A program made the position numbers and the translations under genes. Of a DNA stretch of 64,000 nucleotides, positions 1 to 10,474 are shown piece by piece (the stretch's first letter is position 1; each line of letters opens with the position of its first letter). The stretch covers positions 40,143 through 104,142 of the forward strand of contig CANLCX010000007.1 in assembly GCA_947489315.1 (NCBI GenBank). The letters run 5' to 3'. This DNA comes from an uncultured Sphingomonadaceae bacterium (GTDB lineage: Bacteria; Pseudomonadota; Alphaproteobacteria; Sphingomonadales; Sphingomonadaceae). The notes under the pieces are model-generated. The model had not been told where the DNA came from. It made no database searches and was given only the letters and a program-made list of their open reading frames with translations.

Positions 1-90
1 AACCAAGCTCTTGCGAAAGAGCGTTTCGCGCACTAGGGGAAGCGACGCTGTCAGAGTTTCGACCAATCAAATGATTCTGATGAGCATTGC

Positions 91-178
91 GGAGTCGTGG
101 CAGAGTGGTCGATCGCGCACGCTTGGAAAGCGTGTATAGGGCAACCTATCGAGGGTTCGAATCCCTCCGACTCCGCCA
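91..178 (+). tRNA. tRNA-Ser (anticodon GGA)
   Basis: Cloverleaf read by eye: acceptor GGAGTCG/CGACTCC; anticodon stem CACGC/GCGTG with loop TTGGAAA; long variable arm; T-arm GAGGG-TTCGAAT-CCCTC; discriminator G and encoded CCA. Confidence 0.85.
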
Positions 179-310
179 TTTTTATAACGCGATCAATCGC
201 TTTGCGATCATCTCCGATTGCAGCATCCTCACCGGGCGGCGCGCGGTCGTGCCCACGAACCCTCGGGCGGGTTCGATCTGTGACAAGATGTACAATATAA
301 ACTGGGAAAC

Positions 311-399
311 TGGTGCGGTCGAGAAGACTCGAACTTCCACGGGATATTAATCCCACAGCGACCTCAACGCTGCGCGTCTACCAATTCCGCCACGACCGC
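311..399 (-). tRNA. tRNA-Leu (anticodon GAG)
   Basis: Reverse complement reads GCGGTCG...CGACCGC-A-CCA. Anticodon stem CAGCG/CGCTG with loop TTGAGGT, long variable arm, T-loop TTCGAGT. Confidence 0.85.
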
Positions 400-648
400 A
401 CTGTCATTCGAACCGGGCCATAAACCCTTGGTAGGCGCGTGCCTGTAGCAAAGGGTGGATAGGCCCGCAACAGATATTGTTGTTGCCGGTCCTATGGGCT
501 TGCGGCGTTAGGGCTGCACTGAAAATTGTCCCTTTCTCATACAGTTTCACTCGCTTCGTCCGTTTTATAGGGGAAGAGGACGGAAAATGGGCGCGTTAAC
601 CTTTTATTTACCTTGTCAGGGACCGGTTTTGCGGGCTTTCTTAAGTTT

Positions 649-927
649 ATGCGCAATATCTTGCTCTCCTTGACGATGATGATCCTGATGCTAGCGGGCG
701 CTCCGGCAGCTGCGCAACAAGCATCCCAATCCGGTGCTAAAGCGCAAGTCACGGCCTCGGCGCGAATCATCCGCGGGGAATCCATACGCTTTGGTGCGTC
801 GACACAGCAGGTTGCTGCTAAACAGGGATTAAACGGGAAAGGCGGCCATGTTTTTTCACTGGCCCGCACACGCGGCGAGATCATTCTCGACGGCCAGTCG
901 CATGTCTCAGTTACTGAGTTTCATTGA
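649..927 (+). CDS. hypothetical secreted protein
   Basis: ORF with signal-peptide-like N-terminus MRNILLSLTMMILMLAGAPAAAQQ. No recognisable family. Confidence 0.35.
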   Translation: MRNILLSLTMMILMLAGAPAAAQQASQSGAKAQVTASARIIRGESIRFGASTQQVAAKQGLNGKGGHVFSLARTRGEIILDGQSHVSVTEFH

Positions 928-947
928 CCCGAACCATTTAGCTGCTG

Positions 948-1712
948 CTATTCGCGCGTCACATCCGCCCAGCCGACTTCCAGCTGGCTGGCAGCGCGTG
1001 GCACGTCCAGCTTGGCTTCGTTGAAATTGATCTTTGCGCCGGGAGCAAGCGATTTGGCCGGGGCCTTCATTTTCCAGCTATAGACAATCCGGCCGCTGGC
1101 ATCGCGCAATATGACGAGCATGGAGGGCACCGATTGTTCGGTATCGGATGGATTGATGATGGTACCGCTGGCGGCGAAATATTCCGTACCATCCTGAAGC
1201 GTCCGGCGGTCCTGCTTCTTGCTGAGCTCGATCAGCAACGGCGTATCGTCCACTGAGGCCATTTGATAGTTTTCAAACCAGTTTTCCGGACCAAATGCGT
1301 AAAGCAAACCGCCGCCAATGATGACGAGGCTCGCAAAGGCAAGGGCTGCGATGGTCCATAATTTTGCCGGGTTACGGCGCGGCTTAAACGGGGGTTCGTG
1401 GGCAAAACTGCTCGTTTCCGAAACAAATGGCGGAGTCACAGGGGCCGTTGGCGGGGCAGTAGGTGCGGCGGATGATGCGGTTGCGGTTTCCGGTTGGCCA
1501 GATCGACCAGGCGATGTTGGTTCACCCACGGGTGCTGCTCCGGGCAAGGGCGGCTGGGTCGGTGGGGGTGTTTGGACGGGTTCCGGGGGCGGTGCAGCCT
1601 CCTGGAACCAATTATGACGGCATGACGCGCAGCGCACCGACCGGCCGGTTGGGCCAATCGCACTGTCGGGCACGAGATAACGTGTCTTGCAAGCCGGGCA
1701 ATTCAATATCAT
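948..1712 (-). CDS. MJ0042-type zinc-ribbon domain protein (DUF3426-like C-terminus)
   Basis: N-terminus [35 protein letters not shown] (CxxC...CxxC zinc ribbon), Pro-rich linker, one TM segment. Confidence 0.7.
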   Translation of the reverse strand: MILNCPACKTRYLVPDSAIGPTGRSVRCASCRHNWFQEAAPPPEPVQTPPPTQPPLPGAAPVGEPTSPGRSGQPETATASSAAPTAPPTAPVTPPFVSETSSFAHEPPFKPRRNPAKLWTIAALAFASLVIIGGGLLYAFGPENWFENYQMASVDDTPLLIELSKKQDRRTLQDGTEYFAASGTIINPSDTEQSVPSMLVILRDASGRIVYSWKMKAPAKSLAPGAKINFNEAKLDVPRAASQLEVGWADVTRE

Positions 1713-1913
1713 GACGTCCTTCTAAACACGGCAATCCATGAAACTGCAAGTCTGGGTTGCATGCTTTTGAGACAAGTGCCTTTTTTTCCGCGTCTTAAGG
1801 CCGGTTTGATCCGCTGCGCAGCACGCAGCAGTTGATTTCAGGGGAGGTAACGTCCTATTGAAGCAAGGAAATATACAGCGTTCCAACCCGATCAAATGAT
1901 TTGAAAAATCCCG

Positions 1914-2624
1914 ATGAATGAAATTGTTCAATTTGAAAATGTTGGCCTGCGCTATGGGGCAGGCGTGGAAACGTTGTCGGACCTCAGTTTCACCCTCTAT
2001 CCAGGCAGTTTCTATTTCCTGACCGGAGCGTCCGGTGCAGGCAAAACATCGCTTCTCAAACTGCTCTACCTTGCGCAGCGGCCGAGCCGCGGCCTGATCC
2101 GGCTCTTTGGCGAAGATGCCGTGACCATGTCGCGGGAACGGCTACCAGGATTCCGGCGGCGCATCGGTGTGGTGTTTCAGGATTTCCGGCTGGTTCCGCA
2201 TCTGTCCGCTTTTGATAATATCGCCCTGCCGCTGCGGGTTTCCGGGGTGAAAGAGAAAGATCTCACCACGCCCGTCGCTGAAATGCTCGATTGGGTCGGC
2301 TTGGGTGACCGCGCAGAGGCCCGTCCAGCGACTTTGTCGGGCGGAGAGCAACAGCGGGTTGCGATTGCCCGGGCGGTGATTGGCCGGCCTGAAATATTGG
2401 TGGCCGATGAGCCGACCGGCAATGTCGATCCCGAAATGGCCGTGCGGCTTCTCCAGCTGTTTGAGGCATTGAACACATTGGGCACGACTATCGTGGTCGC
2501 CACCCATGACATTCACCTGCTCAGCAAAGTACCGGGCGCGCAAATGATGAAGCTGGAAAAAGGCGGACTTTCCGATCCAACCGGTTCCTTGCGCAATCCC
2601 CCCTTGCCGCGTGACAGAGCCTAG
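1914..2624 (+). CDS. ftsE: cell division ATP-binding protein FtsE
   Basis: Walker A GASGAGKTS, ABC signature LSGGEQQRVAIARA, followed directly by an FtsX-like permease. Confidence 0.85.
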   Translation: MNEIVQFENVGLRYGAGVETLSDLSFTLYPGSFYFLTGASGAGKTSLLKLLYLAQRPSRGLIRLFGEDAVTMSRERLPGFRRRIGVVFQDFRLVPHLSAFDNIALPLRVSGVKEKDLTTPVAEMLDWVGLGDRAEARPATLSGGEQQRVAIARAVIGRPEILVADEPTGNVDPEMAVRLLQLFEALNTLGTTIVVATHDIHLLSKVPGAQMMKLEKGGLSDPTGSLRNPPLPRDRA

Positions 2625-2633
2625 ATAGGCCTG

Positions 2634-3560
2634 ATGCTCAGCCTTTTCGTCATTCCCGGCCATGACCGCCGCCTGATCCCCGAAGGACGACTGTCCGGGC
2701 CGATGCCCTGGGTCATAGCGATCATGATCTTCCTGATGGTGCTGGCAACCGCAACCGGCTTGGCCTTTGCCGAAGCGGGGCGGAATGTTTCCGATCAGCT
2801 TTCCAGCCGCGCAACGGTACAGATTATCCAAGCCAATCCCGATCTGAAAGCGCAGCAAGCCAATGACGCGGCGGCACGCCTTCGTGGCATGGCGCTGATT
2901 GAGGAAGTCCGCGTCTTACCATCCGAAGAGATTGAAGAACTGATCGCGCCATGGCTCGGTCAGACCGCAGGCATTCAGGACAGACCGGAAGGGGGCAGTC
3001 TGCTGGAAGATATTCCGCTGCCCGCGCTGATTGATCTGAAATTGGTGCGTCCAGCCGGTAAAAAAGAACTGGAAGCGCTGCGAGCAGCGATCAAGCCTTT
3101 GGCCGAAGGCGCCCGTGTCGAACCCAGTAGCGGCCTGATCGCCCCGGTGATTTCGCTGGTGCAATCGCTCCAATGGATTGCTTTTGGTCTGGTGGCCTTG
3201 CTCGCTATGGCGACCGCCGCGGCCGTGATTATATCCGCCCGGGCGGCGCTCAACACGCATAAGGAAACCATTGGCGTCATTCATTTGCTGGGCGGAACCG
3301 ACCGGCAGATTAGCCGCCTGTTTCAGCGGCGCATCGCGCTTGATGCGCTGCTCGGCGGGCTATTGGGATTGGTCTGCGGCACGGCGATCATCCTGTTGCT
3401 GGGCATGCAGCTTTCGGCCCTTGGTTCCGGACTGGTGCAATCGCTGGGCCTGTCTTGGTATAGCTGGTTGATTATCGGCGCCGTTCCGATATTGGGAATG
3501 ACCCTGGCCATGGTGACTGCGCGGATGACGGTCATGGGCGCGTTAAGAAAAATATTGTAG
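2634..3560 (+). CDS. ftsX: cell division permease FtsX-like
   Basis: 308 aa, N-terminal TM, periplasmic loop and C-terminal TM cluster; adjacent to ftsE. Confidence 0.7.
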   Translation: MLSLFVIPGHDRRLIPEGRLSGPMPWVIAIMIFLMVLATATGLAFAEAGRNVSDQLSSRATVQIIQANPDLKAQQANDAAARLRGMALIEEVRVLPSEEIEELIAPWLGQTAGIQDRPEGGSLLEDIPLPALIDLKLVRPAGKKELEALRAAIKPLAEGARVEPSSGLIAPVISLVQSLQWIAFGLVALLAMATAAAVIISARAALNTHKETIGVIHLLGGTDRQISRLFQRRIALDALLGGLLGLVCGTAIILLLGMQLSALGSGLVQSLGLSWYSWLIIGAVPILGMTLAMVTARMTVMGALRKIL

Positions 3561-3569
3561 TCACATCAT

Positions 3570-4103
3570 ATGATCCTTCGTTTCCTTTGTTTTCTGCTGC
3601 TGTTCTGGATGATCGGGTTCGTCTGGTTTGCGGTGGATTTACCGCGTCCAGCGGGAGATGATGTGCGTACGGATTCGATTGTCGTGCTCACTGGCGGCCC
3701 CAAGCGGATTGAACATGCTTTGCAGATGCTCGAAGCGAAGAAATCCGAGCATTTGCTGATATCGGGCGTAGACCGTGACGTGAAACCACGGGAACTGGCG
3801 GTTGAATATGATCGTCCGGACGATCTGTTCGACTGTTGCATCGATCTGGGGTTCCAGGCGGTGGACACCCGATCCAATGCGCTGGAAACAGCACGTTGGA
3901 CGGCCCGGCGGAAAGACACATCGCTGCGGCTGGTAACATCGGACTGGCATATGCGGCGGGCGAAGCTAGAGCTGGAGCGTGCTGTGCCAAGTGATATCAA
4001 GATCATCGCTGACGCGGTTCCGAGCGCGCCTTCCCTTGGCACCTTGTTCAAGGAATATAATAAATATCTGATGCGGCGTCTTGCGGCATTGGCGGGGGTT
4101 TAG
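3570..4103 (+). CDS. YdcF/DUF218 family protein
   Basis: N-terminal TM plus DUF218-like blocks IVVLTGG...ISGVD...TRSNA...LVTSDWHMRRA. Confidence 0.65.
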   Translation: MILRFLCFLLLFWMIGFVWFAVDLPRPAGDDVRTDSIVVLTGGPKRIEHALQMLEAKKSEHLLISGVDRDVKPRELAVEYDRPDDLFDCCIDLGFQAVDTRSNALETARWTARRKDTSLRLVTSDWHMRRAKLELERAVPSDIKIIADAVPSAPSLGTLFKEYNKYLMRRLAALAGV

Positions 4104-4105
4104 GC

Positions 4106-4795
4106 ATGTTGGCAAAAATCCGGTCGATCATCTTCATTCCGCTATTCTACGGCGGATCAACACCGATCATCATCATGTCGTTTATCGTTGCGGTATTTTC
4201 GGAATCCGGCACCCACTATATGGCGCAGCTATGGAGCCGCTATCACTATTTCTGTGCGCGTTTCATTCTCGGTATCCGTGCCGAGATAAAGGGCGAAATC
4301 CGCAACGAACCGCTGCTTTATGTCTTTAAACATGAAAGCATGTTTGAGACGATTGACCTGCTGCGTATATTCGACAAGCCGGTGGTGATTGCCAAGAAAG
4401 AGTTGCTCGTCATTCCGCTCTGGGGCTGGATCGCCAAAAAGCACGGGCTTTTGGGTATCGACCGCAATGGCGGCGGCGCGGCCATGCGTCAGATTATCAA
4501 ACAAGCCAGAAAGGCGGTTGCCGAAGGCCGCCCGATCGTCATTTTTGCCGAAGGCAGCCGCGCCCATCATGGTGAGCGACCGGAATTGCAAACTGGATTT
4601 GCCGGGATTTACAAACTGATGGGCCTGCCGCTGGTGCCGGTGGCGCTCAACAGTGGCATTGTCTCCCCGCGCGACACATTTGTCCAGAAAAGCGGTGTGA
4701 TTACCTACGCCGTGCAGGACGAGATTGAACCGGGCCTCGACCGCGATGACATTCGCGACCGGGTGCATGCGGCGATTAATGTGCTGAACGATTGA
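4106..4795 (+). CDS. 1-acyl-sn-glycerol-3-phosphate acyltransferase family protein
   Basis: Acyltransferase motifs KHESMFET (HxxxxD/E-like) and FAEGSR. Confidence 0.7.
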   Translation: MLAKIRSIIFIPLFYGGSTPIIIMSFIVAVFSESGTHYMAQLWSRYHYFCARFILGIRAEIKGEIRNEPLLYVFKHESMFETIDLLRIFDKPVVIAKKELLVIPLWGWIAKKHGLLGIDRNGGGAAMRQIIKQARKAVAEGRPIVIFAEGSRAHHGERPELQTGFAGIYKLMGLPLVPVALNSGIVSPRDTFVQKSGVITYAVQDEIEPGLDRDDIRDRVHAAINVLND

Positions 4796-4838
4796 GGGCT
4801 GTGTTGCGGGGCGTCCGCTATGGGCGCAAAAGCGGACA

Positions 4839-5525
4839 CTAGGTTTCTATATGATTGCCAGCTAACCCCACCGATTTCATTGTTGGCTGTTCTTTCTGCT
4901 TGGTATAATGATTAGCAAGCCAGTCGGTTATTTGAGGAACAGAAATCCGCTCCTGAAGTTTGATCCCGATTTCAGTGCCTTTTTGCCACCTGACCGTGCC
5001 AGCTAGATCGCCCAATTCCGGAACCAAGAGAGTCAGTCGGTTTCCTATCTGACACTGATAAAGGGTATTGATGCGCATTCCGGCTGGTGAAATATCACAG
5101 ATTTCGGCTTTCACTACTGCTGAACCGATCCTCAAAATTATAGATCGCGTCATACGAACACGGGGTAGTCGCGCGGGTTGACATTTATTGTGGATCGTCA
5201 AATTTTCTAGCAGTTCAGTGACATTGATATCGCTGCAGAATTGCACGCCTACCAACGCACCTTTACGCCAACGGACGTTGCCAAGTAGCTCCAGGTCATC
5301 GGTAAAAGCGACCGTTGTAGTGTGGCCTAGTTCAAAGCTGGGATGTATCTCAATCATGACACCGCTACTTGAGATGTTTTTTATGAAACCCCATCCCTCT
5401 GCTACACCAGATTCGATTTTTGCTAAGCGGAATATGGTGATCTGACGATCCGCCTTACGCCGGTCCGGTCTGACTATTTCATTGCTGTGATCGAAGTTTT
5501 GAATCATTGTATTTATAACGGTCAC
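4839..5525 (-). CDS. PilZ domain protein (two PilZ-like halves)
   Basis: RRKADRQ...IKNISSSGVMIEI in the N-terminal half and a second ICDISPAGMRI block in the C-terminal half. Confidence 0.6.
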   Translation of the reverse strand: MTVINTMIQNFDHSNEIVRPDRRKADRQITIFRLAKIESGVAEGWGFIKNISSSGVMIEIHPSFELGHTTTVAFTDDLELLGNVRWRKGALVGVQFCSDINVTELLENLTIHNKCQPARLPRVRMTRSIILRIGSAVVKAEICDISPAGMRINTLYQCQIGNRLTLLVPELGDLAGTVRWQKGTEIGIKLQERISVPQITDWLANHYTKQKEQPTMKSVGLAGNHIET

Positions 5526-5709
5526 GGGTTTGTTATCTTAAGCTATTATCTCAAGTAATTGCGGGACGGACTAATAAGTGCGTCCAGAGCTGTCATTCAA
5601 AGGGAATACGGGCAAGGTGTCGCGCATAGAATTGTAGCTGATTGTTAGCGGCAGCTTTCGGGATAGAGCGGACATAGCTTAAGTCGGGCAGATAGCTTCT
5701 ATCTTGCCC

Positions 5710-6618
5710 CTATTCATGACTCCGGCCAAAGTCGGGAGCAGCATCATCCTGACCCTCTTCGATGATCCGGCGGCGGATGGCGCGGGTTTTGGTGAACAGG
5801 TCGAATAGCTCGTCGCCCTTGTCCCAGCGGATGGCGCGTTGCAGGGCCGTCAGGTCTTCTGAGAAACGCTGCAGCATTTCCAGCACTGCATCCTTGTTGG
5901 ACATGAATACGTCGCGCCACATGGTGGGGTCGGAAGCGGCGATACGGGTGAAGTCGCGAAAACCACCGGCAGAATATTTGATCACTTCGCTGCGGGTGAC
6001 GTCTTCGAGGTCTGATGCGGTGCCGACAATCGTGTAGGCGATGAGATGCGGCAGATGGCTGGTTACGGCGAGGACCAGATCATGGTGCTTGGCGTCCATA
6101 ATCTCGATATTCGCACCCAGCTTTTCCCAAAAGGCGCGCACGCGCTCGATATCGCCTTCTTGTGCGTCATCTGGCGGCGTTAATATGCACCAGCGGTCGT
6201 TGAACAGCGTCGCAAAGCCAGCATCTGGGCCGCTATGTTCGGTGCCAGCAACCGGATGGGCCGGAATGATCCGCGCGCCCGGCAGGGCGGTTTGCAGCGA
6301 GGCAATGACATTGCCTTTGGACGATCCAACATCGCTGATAACGGCATCTTTTGGCAGGTCTTCTGCCATGTCCGCGGCAATTGCCGCCATGGCGCCAACC
6401 GGCACACACAGCATCACAAGATCGGCATCAATGACCGCAGCGCCTGCGCTATCGGCGACGTCATCGCAAAATCCGAGTTCCTGCACACGCGCGCGAACGG
6501 CGGGGTCTGCATCATAGCCGGTGATGCGGGCCGACGGCATGTTGGCCTTCACGCCATGGGCAATGGACGAGCCGATCAGGCCAAGGCCGATAATCGTAAT
6601 ATTCGCAAAAGGCAGCAT
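5710..6618 (-). CDS. tyrC: prephenate/arogenate dehydrogenase
   Basis: Rossmann motif ITIIGLGLIGSS, prephenate dehydrogenase-like body, 1-nt overlap with upstream hisC. Confidence 0.8.
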   Translation of the reverse strand: MLPFANITIIGLGLIGSSIAHGVKANMPSARITGYDADPAVRARVQELGFCDDVADSAGAAVIDADLVMLCVPVGAMAAIAADMAEDLPKDAVISDVGSSKGNVIASLQTALPGARIIPAHPVAGTEHSGPDAGFATLFNDRWCILTPPDDAQEGDIERVRAFWEKLGANIEIMDAKHHDLVLAVTSHLPHLIAYTIVGTASDLEDVTRSEVIKYSAGGFRDFTRIAASDPTMWRDVFMSNKDAVLEMLQRFSEDLTALQRAIRWDKGDELFDLFTKTRAIRRRIIEEGQDDAAPDFGRSHE

Positions 6619-7715
6619 CAGTCGGCGGCTTCCAATATGGCGCGCAGGGCGTCCATGAAACCGCGATTTTCTTCCTCTGTGCCGATCGTGATGCGCAGCG
6701 CATGGCCCAACCCCTGTGCTGGCAGTCTGCGGACCACATAGCCGGTATCAACCAGTTTCCGGTCCGCCGTTTCCGCGCTCACTGCCCCGTCAAACAGCAC
6801 CAGGATGAAATTGGCGGCGGAAGGAATGGCGCGCAGGCCGTGATTGGACAGGGCCGCTATCTCGCCCATCATCCATTCGCGCCATTTGGCATTATGCTCC
6901 CGGCTGTGGATGACAAATTGCTGATCTGCCAAAGCCGCAATAGCGGCTGCTTGTCCGGCGCTGGTCACATTAAACGGTCCGCGAATCCGGTTAAGCGTAT
7001 CGATAAGATGCGGCTGTCCATAGGCCCAGCCAATGCGTTCCGCAGCGAGGCCATAAATTTTTGAGAAAGTCCGCGTGATCAGGACATTGCCATGCTGGCG
7101 CGCCAGTTCAAAACTGGCCGTGCCGTCATTGCCCAAATATTCGCCATAGGCCTGGTCCAGCACCAGCACGACATCGTCCGGCAGGCCAGCATGCAGGCGT
7201 TCGATCTCGCTGTCAGATGTGATCGTGCCGGTCGGATTATTGGGATTGGCGAGATAGATAACGCGGGTTTTGGGCGTCACCAGCGCCAACAGTCCGTCCA
7301 CGTCCGTGCCATAATCATCGTCCGGGGCCATCACAACTTCTGCGCCAACTTTGCGTGTGGCAATTTCGTAAACCATGAAGCCGTAATTGACGTGGATAAT
7401 CTCGTCACCAACACCGGCATAGCCCGCGGCGACCAGATTCAGCAGCTCATCGGACCCGGTTCCGCAGACGATCCGATCCGCTTCCAACCCATAAGTGTCC
7501 GCCAGAGCAGCACGCAGGGCATGGCTGGCCGGATCGGGATAGCGCGCGACATGGCCTGCCTGCGCGGCCAGCGCTGCACTGGCATCGGCGCTACAACCCA
7601 GCGGATTTTCATTGGCGGAGAGTTTGACGAGCACACGCCCATCATCGGCTTTCGCCTTGCCGGGTGTATAGGCGTGAATCGCCGAGATATAGGATTTGGG
7701 CTCTGGTTTGGTCAT
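6618..7715 (-). CDS. hisC: histidinol-phosphate aminotransferase
   Basis: LSANENPLG and PLP-lysine block [15 protein letters not shown]. Confidence 0.85.
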   Translation of the reverse strand: MTKPEPKSYISAIHAYTPGKAKADDGRVLVKLSANENPLGCSADASAALAAQAGHVARYPDPASHALRAALADTYGLEADRIVCGTGSDELLNLVAAGYAGVGDEIIHVNYGFMVYEIATRKVGAEVVMAPDDDYGTDVDGLLALVTPKTRVIYLANPNNPTGTITSDSEIERLHAGLPDDVVLVLDQAYGEYLGNDGTASFELARQHGNVLITRTFSKIYGLAAERIGWAYGQPHLIDTLNRIRGPFNVTSAGQAAAIAALADQQFVIHSREHNAKWREWMMGEIAALSNHGLRAIPSAANFILVLFDGAVSAETADRKLVDTGYVVRRLPAQGLGHALRITIGTEEENRGFMDALRAILEAAD

Positions 7716-7826
7716 CGTCCGGCCTTACCCGCGCGATCGGGAACGATCAACAACAGTGTTCATAGCGGCCGCTCTAAGCACCTATAAACGCTTGCTAGTC
7801 TGCGCCTGCCTGATAATGCTACGCCG

Positions 7827-8951
7827 ATGAATGAGGATGATCGGTTCGGCTTGAACAGGCATGTTCGCCTGATGGGACCGCTGCCACTGGACAGCGGAGC
7901 TTCGCTTACGCCTGTGGAACTGGCTTATGAGACCTATGGCACCCTCAATACCAATGCCAGCAATGCGATCCTGATCTGCCATGCGCTGACCATGGATCAA
8001 TATGTTGCGTCAAAACATCCCCTGACTGGCAAGGGCGGTTGGTGGACAGATATGGTCGGTCCGGGCAAGCCAATTGATACCGACCGGCATTTTGTCATTT
8101 GCGCCAATGTGATTGGCAGTTGCATGGGATCCTCGGGCCCGGCGACGATCAATCCGGCGACGGAAAAGCCCTGGGGCATGGACTTTCCGGTGCTGACCAT
8201 CGCGGATATGGTGCGGGCGCAGGCGCTGCTGCTGGACCATCTGGGCATCGCGTGCCTTCATGCCGTCATCGGCGGGTCCATGGGCGGAATGCAGGCGATA
8301 AGCTGGACTACGCTTTATCCCGAGCGGGTGAAGTCAGCCGTAATCATCGCCTCTGCCGCGCGGCATTCGGCACAGAATATTGCATTCCACGAAGTCGGGC
8401 GTCAGGCGATCATGGCCGATCCACGCTGGCGGGGCGGGGCTTATTATGCCGATGATGATCCGCCGAGCAGCGGCCTCGCCGTGGCGCGCATGGCCGCGCA
8501 TATCACCTATTTGTCCGAAGAAGGACTGACCGAAAAATTCGGGCGGCGTTTGCAGGACAGGGAGTCCAAGACTTTTGGTTTCGATGCCGATTTTCAGGTG
8601 GAAAGCTATTTGCGCCATCAGGGGATCAGCTTTGTCGACCGTTTCGATGCAAACAGCTATCTCTATATCACCCGGGCGATGGACTATTTCGATCTGGCCG
8701 AAGCCCATGGCGGCACTTTGGCCCATGCATTCAAAGGATCCAAGACGCGTTTCTGTCTGATCAGTTTTGATACTGACTGGCTTTACCCAACCAGTGAATC
8801 GCGGACCATCGTGCATGCCTTGAATGCCGCAGGCGCAGCGGCGAGCTTTGTCGAACTGTCCAGTGCCTTTGGTCATGACAGCTTCCTGCTCAAGAACCCC
8901 GAAATGAACCGGATTGTCGACGGATTTTTAAAGGCGGGAGAAAGCGTATGA
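7827..8951 (+). CDS. metX: homoserine O-acyltransferase MetX
   Basis: alpha/beta hydrolase nucleophile block GGSMGGMQ, typical MetX length, followed by metW with a 4-nt overlap. Confidence 0.85.
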   Translation: MNEDDRFGLNRHVRLMGPLPLDSGASLTPVELAYETYGTLNTNASNAILICHALTMDQYVASKHPLTGKGGWWTDMVGPGKPIDTDRHFVICANVIGSCMGSSGPATINPATEKPWGMDFPVLTIADMVRAQALLLDHLGIACLHAVIGGSMGGMQAISWTTLYPERVKSAVIIASAARHSAQNIAFHEVGRQAIMADPRWRGGAYYADDDPPSSGLAVARMAAHITYLSEEGLTEKFGRRLQDRESKTFGFDADFQVESYLRHQGISFVDRFDANSYLYITRAMDYFDLAEAHGGTLAHAFKGSKTRFCLISFDTDWLYPTSESRTIVHALNAAGAAASFVELSSAFGHDSFLLKNPEMNRIVDGFLKAGESV

Positions 8952-9538
8952 CCAAACTCCGCCCCGATCTTCAGATTATCGCTGATAACATCACTCCGAA
9001 TGCCCGTGTCCTCGACATTGGCTGTGGTGATGGCGCGCTGATGATGGCTTTGCGCGATCTGAAACAGGTTGATGCGCGCGGGCTGGAAATTAATCCCGGC
9101 AATGTCGCCAGTGCCGTGAGCAAAGGTCTGTCGGTGGTGCAGGGCGATGCCGATACGGACCTGTCCGCTTACCCGGACGGTAGTTTCGACTATGCGGTAC
9201 TCAGCCAGACGCTGCAGACGACCCACCGCCCCGACGTGATTCTTGATGAGCTGCTGCGCATCGGCAAACAGGCCTTTGTCAGCTTCCCTAATTTTGCTCA
9301 TTGGCGGGTGCGCATGTCATTGCTCTTCGGCGGCCGCATGCCGGTAACACGGCTTTTGCCGCAAACTTGGTATGACACACCGAATATCCACCATGTCACG
9401 ATTGACGATTTTCGTGCATTGGTGCGCGATGGCAAGTTGAAGCAAGAGGGGCAATGGTTCCTTAGCGGGGACAAGCGGACCAGCCGGGCCGCCGCCAATC
9501 TGCTCGCAGAACATGCGGTGTTTTTGCTGCGTAAGTGA
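8948..9538 (+). CDS. metW: methionine biosynthesis protein MetW
   Basis: SAM-methyltransferase-like [12 protein letters not shown]; position immediately after metX. Confidence 0.8.
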   Translation: MTKLRPDLQIIADNITPNARVLDIGCGDGALMMALRDLKQVDARGLEINPGNVASAVSKGLSVVQGDADTDLSAYPDGSFDYAVLSQTLQTTHRPDVILDELLRIGKQAFVSFPNFAHWRVRMSLLFGGRMPVTRLLPQTWYDTPNIHHVTIDDFRALVRDGKLKQEGQWFLSGDKRTSRAAANLLAEHAVFLLRK

Positions 9539-9580
9539 GTCATACAGCGATAGGCTATCGTGAAACGGTGAGGACCAATT

Positions 9581-10414
9581 ATGGCATATGACTATGACCT
9601 ATTCGCTGTTACCAAAACGAACCGGCTGGCCGAGGTCGTTATATCCAATCCTCCCATCAATTTGATCACCCAAAAGCTTTTTGGGGAATGGATGGCATTG
9701 GCCGAAGAGTTGGAGGCTGATCCTGATCTGACCGTTATCCTCTTCAAAAGCGCCGACCCAGAATTTTTCTTGGCGCATTTTGATGTGGAATTGATCCTGT
9801 CTTTTCCGGTCGATGGCCCAGCCGAAAGAAGCTCTGATCCCAATCCGTTCCACGTGATGTGCCAGCGCTTTCGCACTATGGACAAAGTGACTATTGCTCA
9901 AGTGGAAGGACGCGTGGGCGGCGGCGGGAACGAGATTATCTCCAATATGGACATGCGTTTCGGCGTCCGGGGAAAAACGACGATTAATCAGATGGAAGTA
10001 CCGCTGGGGATTTTGCCAGGCGGAACGGGCACGCAGAATCTCCCCACCATAATCGGATACGGACGGGCGATGGAAGTGATATTGGGTGCCGAAGATCTCG
10101 ACGCCGAAGCAGCGGAACGCTGGGGCTATTTGAACCGGATTTATGCCGCCGATGAAATAGATGGCAAAGTTCGCGCATTGGCGGAGCGTATCGCCAGCTT
10201 CCCGGTTGAGGCGGTCCAGTTTGCTAAACAATCGATCAATAACGCTGCCGGTCCGTTGGAAGAGGGTCTCGCCGAAGAATCGTTTCTGTTCCAACAGCTT
10301 ATCCGCACGCCAGAGGCACGATCAAAAATGCAGAAATTTCTTGATACTGGTGGCCAGACAAGGGACGGTGAGTTGCAGCTCAACAGCTTGGTCGATCAAT
10401 TAAAAGGTCCGTAG
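9581..10414 (+). CDS. enoyl-CoA hydratase/isomerase family protein
   Basis: Crotonase-fold pattern (VEGRVGGGGNEI, ILPGGTGTQNLP). Confidence 0.65.
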   Translation: MAYDYDLFAVTKTNRLAEVVISNPPINLITQKLFGEWMALAEELEADPDLTVILFKSADPEFFLAHFDVELILSFPVDGPAERSSDPNPFHVMCQRFRTMDKVTIAQVEGRVGGGGNEIISNMDMRFGVRGKTTINQMEVPLGILPGGTGTQNLPTIIGYGRAMEVILGAEDLDAEAAERWGYLNRIYAADEIDGKVRALAERIASFPVEAVQFAKQSINNAAGPLEEGLAEESFLFQQLIRTPEARSKMQKFLDTGGQTRDGELQLNSLVDQLKGP

Positions 10415-10474
10415 TTTAAACAACGCGACCCTGTTAGAATATTACATAGCAACCGCGAGCTTTAGGAGCGAAAT

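Noticed and set aside
256-275. cgaaccc-tcgggc-gggttcg hairpin containing a GGTTCGA string, considered as a tRNA T-arm remnant or att scar between the two tRNAs
   Set aside because: The flanks do not form a T-stem or acceptor stem, and there is no adjacent integrase. It is most simply a stable hairpin between convergent tRNA genes.
51-356. Three ORFs (51..356 minus, 87..350 plus, 97..300 plus) at the start of the window
   Set aside because: They overlap tRNA-Ser(GGA) and tRNA-Leu(GAG) and the spacer between them. They have no protein-like features and are treated as artefacts of ORF calling.
7716-7826. Possible SAM-II (metA-type) riboswitch in the hisC-metX spacer, since Alphaproteobacteria often place one before metX
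   Set aside because: The spacer contains CGCTTGC, but I could not find the conserved AAAGCU core (only AATGCTA) or a convincing pseudoknot by eye. It needs a covariance-model scan (Rfam RF00521 and the SAM-SAH and SAM-V models) before any claim.
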